From Octopus vulgaris (Eukaryota), in NCBI GenBank assembly GCA_951406725.2, contig OX597831.1, positions 55,428,001 through 55,492,000 of the forward strand: a stretch of 64,000 nt of DNA, in the 5' to 3' direction. Below, piece after piece: positions 25,515 to 38,776 of this stretch. Made by a program: the position numbers and the translations under genes. The notes below the pieces were generated by a model, which saw only the letters and a list, made by a program, of their open reading frames with translations, had not been told where the DNA came from and did no database searches. Positions within the stretch are counted from its first letter, which is position 1, and the number at the start of each line of letters is the position of its first letter.

Positions 25515-25910
25515 AAAGTATAGAAGCCATCTTAATATGGCTAACCACAAAGGGGAGGGGGTGTTACTGTAGCTTTATAGCCCCAGGGGATCATCGTCTC
25601 CAGCTGGCTTTAGACAGCATTTCAGTGCCCTTGAAGTATTTGCAAATACTTCAAGGGCACTGAAATGCTGTCTAAAGCCAGCTGGAGACGATGATCTCCT
25701 GGGGCTATAAAACTACAGTAACACCCCCTCCCCAAATACTTCAAGGGCACTGAAATGGTGTCTAAAGCCAGCTGGAGACGATGATCTCCTGGGGCTATAA
25801 AGCTACAGTAACACCTCCTCCCTTTTGTGGTTAGCCATATTAAGATGGCTTCTTTACTTTACATTATCGAGCGATTACTGTTTACATCTCATTCTGAGAT
25901 TTAATAATTA
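25515..25910. mobile_element. Fold-back plus tandem duplicate of a group 1 element 3' module, inside (TA)n
   Basis: Spacer-less palindrome centred at gaagtatttg|caaatacttc (about 25642); ~90-bp tandem repeat; single copy at 54230-54350. Confidence 0.85.
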
Positions 25911-25922
25911 TATATATATTTA

Positions 25923-25988
<66 letters not shown>

Positions 25989-25989
25989 T

Positions 25990-26225
25990 TATTGTTGGCA
26001 TCCTTTTTGTCTCGGGAGACAATGGAGTTGCGCATAAAGTAGTCTAGTCCGGCTTTTACATTTCATGTCCTGATACATTTCCTGCTGTGGTTGTGTAGTC
26101 CTATCCTGGACAAACACTCCCTCTGGCAGGTGCCGCAAATGTAGCAAAGACTTTGCCTGGCTGGTTGTAATGCCATAGTTTCTTGTTGACGTCTTTTCTT
26201 GTCTTTCCATTTCTCCTCTCTCTCT
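25990..26225 (-). pseudogene. RTE-clade LINE 3' end
   Basis: [24 protein letters not shown]-terminal zinc finger. Confidence 0.75.
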
Positions 26226-26248
26226 CTGTCACTCCTTTGTATAAATGT

Positions 26249-26313
<65 letters not shown>

Positions 26314-26348
26314 ATATATATATAGATATATAGATAGATAGATAGATA

Positions 26349-26427
<79 letters not shown>

Positions 26428-26492
26428 TATATAGATATATATAGATATATATATAGATATATAGATATATATAGATATATAGATATATATAT

Positions 26493-26561
<69 letters not shown>

Positions 26562-26665
26562 TATATAGTTAATCCAAACAAGAAAGCACAAAAAAACACA
26601 ACAACGCGAGGACGTGGAACAAATATAGTATTATTGGACGCTCAGGAAAGAAGGAAAGAAGGAGG

Positions 26666-26700
26666 GTTTAACGTTTCGAGCGGAGCTCTTCATCGGAAAC
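26666..26700 (-). ncRNA. Minimal hammerhead motif (C4 variant) in a 200-bp element (26568-26769) flanked by (TA)n
   Basis: gttt-CCGATGA-a-GAGCtccGCTC-GAAA-CGTT-aaac. Confidence 0.7.
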
Positions 26701-26787
26701 ATAGGCGAAGGAAAGATCCAGAGAAGGGAAGACAGAGGGGAAAAATCGCTAACGGTACATACGAGGTCATATATATATATATAGATT

Positions 26788-26875
<88 letters not shown>

Positions 26876-26895
26876 TAGATATGTATATAGATATA

Positions 26896-26941
<46 letters not shown>

Positions 26942-27036
26942 ATAGGATTAGCTCGTATACGAGTAGGTATATATTTGTAAAAAATGAAGTTCGAAAATGC
27001 TGCTATATTATACAATTTTTAATTTTTATATATACA

Positions 27037-27078
27037 TTATAACATGTTTCAGTTCCTGAAATGAACCTTATCAAAAAA
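27037..27078 (-). ncRNA. Hammerhead motif, U3-A8 variant, in inverted-repeat element 26960-27290
   Basis: TTGATAA-GGTTCatttcagGAACT-GAAA-C-at-GTT; stem I weak. Confidence 0.55.
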
Positions 27079-27278
27079 AGTTATATATAAAAAAAGACAG
27101 CTCATGCCGTCAAACACAAGAAATTCATTTACAATACACAACGTAGTCAGACATCTTAAAGTTCAAATATAGTCTGAAGTAAGTTCATTCATGCTATATG
27201 TTCAAAGTGTTATGTTATAATGTATATATAAAAATTAAAAATTGTATAATATAGCAGCATTTTCGAACTTCATTTTTT

Positions 27279-27364
<86 letters not shown>

Positions 27365-27390
27365 TCATATATATATATATATATATATAT

Positions 27391-27849
27391 ATACAAATAA
27401 GAAAATGGAGGAACAGATTCCTTTCAATCATCGACTTACAGATAATACCAATTATAGGCACAATGAGATACCTTTATCTACAGGCTGAAACAGCTGTAAG
27501 ATCCATTTTATATGTATTATTTTTATGGTATTATCTTACTTATTGATGTATATTGTTTTATTCTGGTTTATTCTGTTGGATTTGGATGTTCCTATTTAAG
27601 TAGTTAATAAATAATATGAATTGGTAATATCTGTAAGTCGATGATTGAAAGGAATGTGTTCCTCCATTTTCTTATTTGTATTATGAATTTGTGGTAAAAC
27701 ATTTTACCTTTGCCCATATAATACAATAAATGAATTAACTGCATCGCAATTCTTAACATTTATGTATTAACTTTGTTGGGTACTTCACTAGCAGTATATT
27801 GGATAACTGATATCCCATAGTGGGTTACACTCAACCCCCTATCTCTCTT

Positions 27850-27934
<85 letters not shown>

Positions 27935-28320
27935 TTACAAATTGAGATAGGGGTTGTAAATGCAACCCTCCATGGGATATCAGTTATCCAATATACTGCT
28001 AGTGAAGTACCCAACAAAGTTAATACATAAATGTTAAGAATTGCGATGCAGTTAATTCATTTATTGTATTATATGGGCAAAGGTAAAATGTTTTACCACA
28101 AATTCATAATACAAATAAGAAAATGGAGGAACACATTCCTTTCAATCATCGACTTACAGATATTACCAATTCATATTATTTATTAACTACTTAAATAGGA
28201 ACATCCAAATCCAACAGAATAAACCAGAATAAAACAATATACATCATTGTGCCTATAATTGGTATTATCTGTAAGTCGATGATTGAAAGGAATCTGTTCC
28301 TCCATTTTCTTATTTGTATA
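27391..28320. repeat. ~930-bp imperfect palindrome centred on (TA)n, with half-HHR
   Basis: 27545-27820 is the reverse complement of 27975-28247; outer 70-bp arms also inverted; GAAAC-agct-GTA at about 27487-27498. Confidence 0.85.
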
Positions 28321-28888
28321 TATATAATGGAGAAACACACCTTAATCAATAATCAACTACCAGATAATACCCATTCACATAATTTATTAACCAACTACAT
28401 ATGAACATCAAGGTCAAACATAATAGTGCAGAACGAAACAGTGCACATCAATGAGTAATATGATACAATAAGTACAATATGTATAAATAAATATAGATAA
28501 ATATAAATATAAATATAAACTATTAATAGTTAATATGTGGTTATAAATGAGACACTTACAAATATATCTCAAGGCCGCTTCAGAGATTATAAAGTACAAT
28601 CCAAATATGAATATCAGAGGAGGTACACCCATACAAGAGTGGGTACATACCCATAATATATAATATACACATACATATAAGTGTATATACACATGCACCT
28701 ATATATATATATATATATATATATACGTATATACATAATAATATATAATAATATACATACATATATATATAAGGTTACAGTTAGTCAAATTAATATATTA
28801 GAATAATAGAATATACAAACATACACATATCCACATGATAATGTACATATACAAAGTCAAGAGTTCATTATATTAAGTTACAAAATGC

Positions 28889-28952
<64 letters not shown>

Positions 28953-30322
28953 AATAATAATAATAATAATACCAGTAAAATAATATGTGCATCACGCCAT
29001 TCCCAGTACATATTAGGTGGAAAAAATCCCATAGAATACATCAACATCATAATATAGTGAAATAGTAACATAATAATAATACAATACAATACAAAACATT
29101 ATAGATCCATAAACACATATAAATTGAAAAATATTGATTTACATCATAGAAAAATCCAGAAGTGTACATGCATATAAACGCATACAAATCAGAGTTTTGA
29201 CAGGCATGTGTCTTCTGCTATAGCATCATACCAGCCAGAGCTCGCTCTGGGCGACGTTGGGTCGACCGTCCACAGCTACCAGTCCACAGTCGACAAGGAG
29301 AAATGAAAGTGTCACCTCTGGAGTTTGCAAATGATCGCTATGCAGAAACGTAACTGGACTGAATAAATTTAGTGGAGGCAAAGATGCTATGGCGACCAGA
29401 GCTCGCTCTGGCGACGTTGGGGCGACTGTACACAGCTACCAGCCCACAGTCAACGCTATGGGGGTTGGGTTGGGTTGGGAGGAAAGAATTTCCATTATAT
29501 ATTGAGAACTATAGCGCGAAGGCAGCATAAAAACACAACCCTTCCTCAATTGTTGGCAGATTTACCTACTCTGCATTGCGAGCTGTGCAACAAGATGCGT
29601 CTTCGTCAAAGCAATTGCTCCCCCAAAGCAAATTAAATAAAATTTGAGATACGTGCAAGGTCAAAGCTGCTAACAAAAACAGGAGAGTGAAAACATTCGG
29701 TAAGGGTTGTTTAACCCTAACGAGGTGAAGTGGTGAACGCTGGAGAAAAAAAGCTTTGTCAAGAGACAGACAAGAATGCGTGTTATAGTTATAAACTGAA
29801 CGAGAAGAAAAAGAATTACATTTAGAAATAGAGATCTATAATTATTGAGGACAGAATTTAAGTTAGAAATAGAGAACTATAAATATTGTTTTAAGCATAA
29901 AGTGGTGGCTTACATTCGGGGCTTCCAATTTCTCTGTAAAATATAAGATAGTCGCAAAATCATCGCACATGTCACCATCGATTACAAACACCGGTGAAAG
30001 GATCGTATTGTGTTTCGGCTTAAAATAAATTATAGATACAAATATAATGTATAGAAATATATAAAAACCAGAATAGAAAATAAACGTCTTAGGCATATAA
30101 AATGAGATAACATGAGATATCAAGGTGTTATAAACTTGAAACCTACTAGAATATCATAGATTATATATATCAAGTCATCCAATCAGTTCTGTCCAATTTT
30201 ACCATTTATTTTTAGATTTGAATGAAATTTAATAGTATTTTCAAATGTCTAATTCAATTAAAAATGATTTTTATGCATTTGTGTACGTTTAAACTGATTC
30301 AATATTTTTTTACAAAATAATA

Positions 30323-31685
30323 GAGGGTGTCCACAAAGTCTACGTACATGGGGATTAACACATACTTTTAAAATAAATCAATTTTATTTAATTATAATGT
30401 TAATAAATAATATTTTCAAAGTGATTGCCATCATTTTTCAATGCACAACTTGATGCGCCTTGCAAAATTCAGGTGAACTTGATTAAATAAGTCTACATTG
30501 CCATCAATTTCAGCACACTGACTGGTAATGCGTTCTCTCGTGTGTTTTAAATCTGTAATCTTTATTGTAATCTTTCTCTTTCAACATAGCCCAGAAAAAG
30601 AAATCAAGGGGAGAAAGGTCTGGTGTACGAGGGGACCTTTCCATATGAGCCCTTCTTTCAATCCAGTGAGGAAAAGTGTCATTAAGCCAATCTCTAACAG
30701 TTGTGGCAAAATGGGTAGGGGCCCCATCCTGCTGAAAACAATTCGGAAGGCCCTCGCCTAGGCGCTCAATTTGAGATATTAATTTGTCTCTCAATATGTT
30801 TACATAAGTCTCATCCGTTACATGTTCAATGAAGAAGGGTCCTAGAACATGAGCTTTCCACAAACCACACCACACCATCACCTTTTTGCTGCCTTGCTGT
30901 TTGGATGGATCCATCCAATGTGGATTACCTCGAGACCAGTATAGAAGATTCTGTCTGTTGACCTCACCATTTACATAAAACGTAGCTTTGTCACTGAACA
31001 ACAAAGTTTTTCTTAAAATTGATATTTTCATCCAATTTATCTGAAAACCATTCGCACGTCTACATTCGTCTACCAGGGTCGTCTTCATTTAAGTGAAACA
31101 ATATTTGTAGGTTGTATCGATGAAACTTTTCCTCAACCAGCATTTTGTGGATGGTTGGTTTTGGAACACCTAACACCGTGGATGTCCGACGAAGTGATTT
31201 CTTTGGGCTAGCAGAAACTTTAGCCATGACAGCCTCTTTCGTTTCATCTGAAGTTTTTGGTCGCCCGGAACGGGGTTTATTCAAAACACTGCCTGTTTCT
31301 TTAAATTTCTTGATCAATTTCCCGACGGCAGTAAAAACAATAGATTACCTATAAGTCGAAGATTAAATTCTTCCGCAATTTTGAGATAAGACCATCCCTC
31401 TCGTCCACTTAATAATACTAACTCGATTCTTTCTTCTTTAGACAGATCCATCATTCGATCTGGTATTTTTCTTCTTTAGACAGAGCCATCATTCGATCTG
31501 GGATTTTTCTTCTTTAGACAGAGCCATCATTCGATCATCTGTAGAAAAAATAACAAATAAATTTAGAAAAGTAAAGTATTTCTTTTTACTTAATTTAAAC
31601 AAAAGTAAAAAAGGAAAATTATTATTTCTTATATCTGTTTATGTTATGGTTTTATTCCATGTACCCAGACTTCGTGGACACCCTA
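30323..31685 (-). mobile_element. Tc1/mariner element, DD40D (rosa/DD41D-like), frameshifted transposase
   Basis: TIRs agggtgtccacaaagtct / agacttcgtggacaccct; KFKETGSV..RSGRP, FSDKATF, FQQDGAP, PDLSPLDFF; 40 residues between second and third D. Confidence 0.9.
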
Positions 31686-31729
31686 AAATTGCTTTGATTA
31701 AAACCCTTTCAACATGGTTGACCTACAGA

Positions 31730-32150
31730 TTTTAAAAATAATTTTTTGTAACTAAACACTTTCAAACTTCAGACACTGGTAGAATGTGTCATATAAAACA
31801 TCTTTTACTCTTAGCATTTTTGAGAAAAACTTATATTTACGAAGTTATTTCACCTTAAAGTTCTCTAATTTCGGTAATTTCAACCAATCAATGACGTGTA
31901 TCCAGCTGAATAAAATTACTGCCGTTGTTTGTCAACAACAACTATCGGCGGTGTATTTTTCGCTTGTCACTGTTATTTATGACATCGTTCGTACGTTTGT
32001 ACTGGTTTTAAGGTTTTAGGGTTAGGGTTAAGGTTTTAGGGTTAGGGTTAGGGTTTTAGGGTTTTAGGGTTAGGGTTTTAGGGTTAGGGTTGTCATAAAT
32101 AAAAGTGACAAACGAAATATACTCCTCTCATCCTGTTACATGCCAAATTT
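31730..32150. mobile_element. Non-autonomous DNA element with internal TTAGGG-like repeats
   Basis: gtaactaaacacttt...actggtagaatgtg shared with 63354-63757; (ttaggg/ttttaggg)n at 32005-32090. Confidence 0.65.
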
Positions 32151-32983
32151 TGAAAACCATTATATCTGTCTTATTAAACGGTTTTGTATATACTCGGTTG
32201 TTGATTCCCTTAGTAAGATAAGCTGTTAACGGTTGCATGCATTAAATGAGTTGGAGCAGGTTTAAAGGTGATGGTCACCATCATTATGTTGGCAGCTTGT
32301 GTTGTGATAGTAATAAGAGTGATGTTGTTTTGAGAGAAGCCAAATTTGAGGCAGCTCTTGTAATCAAAATGGCTGTCGAGTGCGAACTCTTCTAAAATAA
32401 TTTATACTCCAATCTCATCAAAATTATTTTCTTTTCCACCACTTGTTTAATTTTTCTAAACAATATGTCAAAATATCTTAAATTTTTGGACTCTTGTTTT
32501 CCCACTCCCTGAAATTTCGTCTTGTAAATATTTCTATCATCTCATGCTCTTCAGCCCATACACTCAACCTCTCCTTCTAATATAAGTATTTGTGTTAATG
32601 TATTCGACAATCTCTCCATTCCTGCATCCATCATGTAACAAACTACTTCCTATGTATTATATATATAGACTATCAACAGTTTCCTCGGATTCCGGATTCC
32701 TCCCACCACCATCATTTTTCTCATCCGCCATATTTGTTTGTATTGGATGTGTGTATGTGTGTGAGCGTATAGCATGTGTGTATACGTGTGTGCGTGTGTG
32801 TACGTGTGTGCAGGTACGTGTGTGTGTGTGTGCGTGTGTAGATAGATAGATAGATATACAAACATACGTGCATGCATATACATACATACATACATACATA
32901 CATACATACATACATACATACATACATTCATACATATACATACATACATACATGTATGTGTGTGTTATATAAAGTTGTGTGTG

Positions 32984-33015
<32 letters not shown>

Positions 33016-33016
33016 C

Positions 33017-33087
<71 letters not shown>

Positions 33088-33473
33088 CGTTTGCCAGTCC
33101 AATTATCTGGCGGTTATATGATTTTTTTTGTGCTTATTCTATTCAATATGGTAATCATTCAACTTAACTTATCTATCAATTAATGAACTAATCAACCGGT
33201 TTGTCCATTTCTCATTTTCCCTCCACCTTTCCCTCCCTCCCCCCTCTCTTTCATTCTATATCTGCAAGCACATGTCTACACATTACATCTCCCTCTCTCT
33301 CTCCGTCTCTCTCTTTCTCTCTCTCATGCACACACATACACTCACGCGCGCATATTTATAAATAGAGCCTCTCTCGGTCAAGGCTGATAATTCATCTGCA
33401 CAATGTATGAGGGGGTAAAGTTACTGGCTTTGGGTAAAAGAAAATACTGGACGATTAGTTATTTATGATTTTA

Positions 33474-33773
33474 TCTTTATATATAAAAGTGAAGTTGTGT
33501 GAGTGTCTGTCTCCTACGATTTAGATTCCTAACTACTCCCACATTTCGCGGTGCAGTTTAACCAAAACCGGGTATCTTATAGTCGTGATTCATATCGAGC
33601 CCTTCTGGGTATTAGCGCGCGTCTACGATGAGTCTACGATTTTAAAAAAAATTTACCATCATTTTTTTCATTTTTAATGCATTTTTTTGGCTATTTTGGG
33701 GCTATAACTCTCTTAAAATGCTTATATAGTTATTTCCCTTACAAACCCGAGCAACGCCGGGTGATACTGCTAG
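33474..33773 (+). mobile_element. Complete 300-bp non-autonomous Helitron
   Basis: A|TC start; cccgagcaacgccggg hairpin; CTAG|T end; no TSD. Confidence 0.85.
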
Positions 33774-34039
33774 TTTAATTTATTACCCTCTCAGATTCAC
33801 ACGCTTACTGCAGCGACCCTTCAGTTTTTTTAAGCCCTGTAAAAGAACTCGGAATTGGTGGGCTTCTAATCCGGCTTTTCGCAATACCTTTAAAGTCAGA
33901 AACTGTTCAGCCCCTCCCCTCGTATATATCGTGTGTATGATATTATTTTAATTTAAGGCGGCGAGCTGGCAGAAACGTTAGCACGCCCGGCGAAATGCGT
34001 AGCAGTATGGAAGACTAGGATAAAAGGAATTAAGACAGG

Positions 34040-36694
34040 TGTTACGAAATGTGTGAATATCTTCTCTGCACTGTTTGGGTGCAAGAAGCAATCACTATCC
34101 GTTGCCTTTAATAATCCAGATTCTACCAGTCAGAAACAACAAGACGCAGACGTAAAAAATATATATCTACTTTATTCTCTTATGACAGTAACAAATAAGT
34201 GGTATATCTGGTATCCCTTTGGTATAGATGTGTCAGAGCTGAACTTTATCGCTGTAGAATTTACAGTGTTCAAATGCTAACGACACTGGTCAAAGATGGC
34301 GTCCGGAGAAAGGAAGATGATGTGGTCGGCAACAAATGTCAGGGAGAAACGAAGATAATACGCGTCTTCTTCTATGAAAAGGCTGACTGCTGCTATCAAA
34401 TCCGGACAGAGAGAAATATACGTGTTGTACCTTCGATAGCCGTGTCTCAAGTCACTGCCTACTGGACGCTGGTGGTCAACGTCCTACGCTCCCCTTGCCT
34501 CGCGGCTAAACTGCCACGTAGGCAAATGGTCCTACTTCCGGTGGTGAAAAGCACCAACCCCGCACGCGCGAAACAGAAATGGACGGTGCGCGAGCGCGCA
34601 CCGTTATATAGGATCACTACAAAGCTCCCCTCCAGTGCCTAAGCACGACACAAAATTCCTTGTAGTGACTTTAAAACTCAAGGTGGACACCAGATAACCA
34701 AATAGCACACAATATAATAAAAATGGCAAAATTTACATCATACACAAGAAATTTACCAAAAGGAAAAAAGAGAAAAAATACTCAAAATGAGCAAAAATCA
34801 AAAGTGCATGCGTGAAAGTGGATACGTCACAAAGCATAGAGCCTTCCGCTGTAGGGAGCGGAAGGTAGGCAAACCTACAGTTAATAAACCTAGGCGAAGT
34901 TAAAATCCAACTCCTCTAAAGGTGGTTGATCCTGCGAAATAACAGTTAAATCAATTGCTGCAGGAGAGGAAATTGGAATCGACAGATAGATCGCCAGTAA
35001 CACAAAAGGCAGACAGTGCTTCAGCTGAAAGTGTAAGGTTAGCAAGGTGACAGTGCAAACATGCTGGTGTGATGCGCGGGACAGATAATTTTCTCTGTTA
35101 ATTGCGTGACCAACAGGGGTCTAACAGGGAAAAAATTACGCCTATACATAGGCGCAGCGCATGTGAACATCCGACGTTCTTTGAGTCGGGAAAAGAACTA
35201 AGCTAACGCAAACGTGTTGCAAAAACAAGGCAGTACACGTGCTGAGCAATGGTGCATGAATGCAATAGGGCTTGCCAGACCGAAAAACAGCAATGAATAT
35301 GCCATGGTTAATGTAGGAACAAAAGTGTGACATGCTGGCGCGTTATAATGGACAAACAACCCTCTCTATGTATACGTGACCCCTAGGGTCTTACAGAAAT
35401 GAGGTGTGTCCACAAAGGCAAATTTAGCATGGAAAAAAAAAGCGAGAAAAGCATGTGTGACGTATGAATGTGAGAGAGATAGCATTTATGTGTGTACGTG
35501 TGTGCGACAGAAATACAAACAAGGTGAATGCGAGCAAAAATAAAAACACAGCGCATAGGAAAAAAGTCTCTCAGGGCTATTTCAGACAAGATGGAGTTAG
35601 TTTACCAGTCCGTAATAGCCTGATACACAATAGCAGTTCGTTCTGTAACAGAATGTTGAAATCACAAATGCAGATGCCGATTGAACACATATCGTGTAGC
35701 GGTTGTAGCTTCGATGCTGTGACAGGTTAAATCGTTACAGAAGATCTCGCAGGTAGACTGTGCTGTTAATTCTTGGTGTGCTATGCACGAACAGCGTGAA
35801 AGCTAAACTTCCGCGAGTTGCTATTTACATCTTGTTGAGGTCGACGGTGTTGATAGGCGACGGTGGTGGAGGCGACTGTGGTGGACTTGAGACACATTGT
35901 TCTTAGTGGTGATGGCGACGAAGATAACGACGACGTGAAGTCGAAAGACGACGATGGCGATGACGGTAGAGAAAAGGCATCGATGATATGATGGCGTCCG
36001 TCATTATTGCTGAAGAATAAGAAAGGCTCCTTCTATAACTGTTGAGGGGACCGGAAACAAATCGTCGAAAGATGATGACTGCGTAGAGTTGATCGTGTTC
36101 CGACTTGGCAGAAAAACTGGATTTCTTTGTTGTGAAGTGATCTCTGGTTTTAGACGAGAATCACGTCGGGGGTCACCAGTGTTCCGACTTGTGTGAATAT
36201 CTTCTCTGCACTGTTTGGGTGCAAGAAGCAATCACTATCCGTTGCCTTTAATAATCCAGATTCTACCAGTCAGAAACAACAAGACGCAGACGTAAAAAAT
36301 ATATATCTACTTTATTCTCTTATGACAGTAACAAATAAGTGGTATATCTGGTATCCCTTTGGTATAGATGTGTCAGAGCTGAACTTTATCGCTGTAGAAT
36401 TTACAGTGTTCAAATGCTAACGACACTGGTCAAAGATGGCGTCAGGGAGAAACGAAGATAATACGCGTCTTCTTCTATGAAAAGGCTGACTGCTGCAATC
36501 AAATCCGGACAGAGAGAAATATACGTGTTGTACCTTCGATAGCCGTGTCTCAAGTCACTGCCTACTGGACGCTGGTGGTCAACGTCCTACGCTCCCCTTG
36601 CCTCGCGGCTAAACTGCCACGTAGGCAAATGGTCCTACTTCCGGTGGTGAAAAGCACCAACCCCGCACGCGCACCGTTATATAGGATCACTACA
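34040..36694 (-). mobile_element. Complete non-autonomous LTR retrotransposon (Gypsy-type)
   Basis: LTRs 34040-34621 and 36180-36694 (TG...CA); PBS TGGTGACCCCCGACGTGAT; PPT ggaggggag near 34625-34633; 4-bp TSD cagg; 1.56-kb decayed internal region with no recognisable pol. Confidence 0.9.
36160..36178 (-). promoter_or_regulatory. Primer binding site complementary to tRNA-Trp 3' end
   Basis: Plus strand atcacgtcgggggtcacca directly next to the LTR. Confidence 0.85.
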
Positions 36695-37080
36695 CAGGCA
36701 ACTTTATCGCTGGTCACAATTTACGATCTTTTTTTTTTCTTTTCATTTGAAAAGGAAACTGTGGCTGGAGAAGAGGTGTCTGTCGGAGTGTACGTTCCAA
36801 AAAAGATGGAAGCATGTTGCACGAGTGTTGTGCGTGCAAGGAACCGTGTGAATAGACGGGAAAAAAAAGGTATCAGCGGTAGATCGGGGCTTGTGGGATC
36901 GGAGCGTAACTTGATCATCGCTTCATTTGTATTGTTTTTGTACAGTGTATTCCATTCGATTTTTTATGTATTGTATTTTATTTTTAAAGTCACATTTATG
37001 TAAAATCATATCGATTCACTGATCCCATCAGTTGTACTATCCATATCTATGTTTGGCCCCTGGTGGGCAATAAAGAAATT

Positions 37081-37634
37081 CGTATTTCGTCTGCCGCTAC
37101 GTTCTGAGTTCAAATTCCGCCGAGGTTGACTTTACCTTTCATCCTTTCGGGGGTCGATGAATTAAGTACCAGTTACCCACTGGGGTCAATATAATCGTCT
37201 TAATCCGTTTGTCTGTCCTTGTCGGGCCTCTCTGTGTTTAGTCCCTTGTGGGTAGTAAAGAAATAGGTATTTCGTCTGCCGCTACGTTCTGAGTTCAAAT
37301 TCCACCGAGGTTGACTTTACCTTTCATCCTTTCGGGGTTGATGAATTAAGTACCAGTTACCCACTGGGGTCGATGTAATCGACTTAATCCGTTTTTCTGT
37401 CCTTGTCTGTCCTCTCTGTGTTTAGCCCCTTGTGGGTAGTAAAGAAATAGGTATTTCGTCTGCCGCTACGTTCTGAGTTCAAATTCCGCCGAGGTTGACT
37501 TTGCCTTTCATCCTTCCGGGGTCGATGAATTAAGTACCAGTTACCCACTGGAGTCGATATAATCGACTTAATCCGTTTTTCTGTCCTTCTTGGTCCTCTC
37601 TGTGTTTAGCCCCTTGTGGGTAGTAAAGAAATAG
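37081..37634 (+). repeat. Three tandem headless SINE A units (~184 bp)
   Basis: Units start gtatttcgtctgccgctacg at 37082, 37267 and 37451. Confidence 0.9.
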
Positions 37635-38084
37635 ATATTATTTTAATTCTTGTTTTTGTTGACAAATTTAGCGAATAATCAATCTAGTCTGTCTCTCTCA
37701 CATGCGCGCACATGGATGCGAGTGTGGAGGGGTTGTATGCGTGTATGAGAAAGGAAACGAGAACAAAAGGAATTCTGAGCGACTGAGTGCGGGTAGAGAC
37801 AAATCAGGAGTGTTTTTGGAGTCCTTCAGATTTTTTTCTCTTTTCTTTCATGCACCCAAATATTTCTGCCCACATTACAAAACACAATACGCACACATCG
37901 TATTATTCTCCATTCTTTTACTTCGTTACGCACGTCCTCAACTCTAAACGTATTCATACAAATAATCCCAGCCCCCAGCCCCCACCGCTCTTTCAAATCA
38001 TTTCATATTTCCATTTTTTTTGTTGTTGTTGTTGAAAACATCACCGTTATCATTCATCATCATCATTAATAGTAGACGGTGGCA

Positions 38085-38113
38085 CGACGTCATCGTCATC
38101 GTCGTCGTCGTCG

Positions 38114-38177
<64 letters not shown>

Positions 38178-38213
38178 AATAATAATCATCATCATCATCA
38201 TCATCATCATCAT

Positions 38214-38252
<39 letters not shown>

Positions 38253-38356
38253 AATCATCATCATCATAATCATCATCATCATCACTATCATAATCATCAT
38301 CATCATCATCATAATCATCATCATCATCACTATCATAATCATCATCATCATCATCA
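38085..38356. repeat. (CAT)n microsatellite
   Basis: Direct inspection. Confidence 0.95.
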
Positions 38357-38720
38357 TGCTGATAGATGGCGGCCGTATTCTTAGCTTTCTCTTCCTAAAA
38401 TATTACTGAATAAAAAAAGGAAGTATTTTTATGCTAATCATCGACAAACAAGCATTTTGACACCTGAGAAACTTCCACGTCAGCTGTTTCTTTTTGACGC
38501 CAGTAAAGAAAAACCAGTTCTTTATGTTAGGAGAAAAGTATCAAAAAAATTTATTTCTTTTTGGTTTTGCTGTTAATGTTTACAACTTTCTATTATTTCT
38601 TCTTCGTGGTTCATATGAGTAACATTTTTTCTTACCAAAAAACGCACCATCCGAAGGAACCAGCCTTGGCGTTTTACTCAGAGAAATTCGATATCTGCCT
38701 GAATATCATTTCCCTCCTCT

Positions 38721-38776
<56 letters not shown>

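Larger units (their letters stand above)
34005..37080 (+). mobile_element. 5'-truncated Tx1-like LINE 3' end (34005-34039 plus 36699-37080), inserted in SINE A and split by an LTR element
   Basis: Rejoined sequence reads VWKTRIKGIKTGNFIAGHNLRSFF..HLKRKLWLEKRCLSECTFQKRWK, homologous to ORF 39328-39657; SINE A head at 33957-34008, SINE A resumes at 37081. Confidence 0.85.

Noticed and set aside
32005-32090. Telomere or chromosome fusion scar
   Set aside because: Short, degenerate, single orientation and inside a dispersed repeat
34053-37003. Duplicated 75-aa and ~150-aa ORFs as tandem genes
   Set aside because: They lie in the two LTRs of one element
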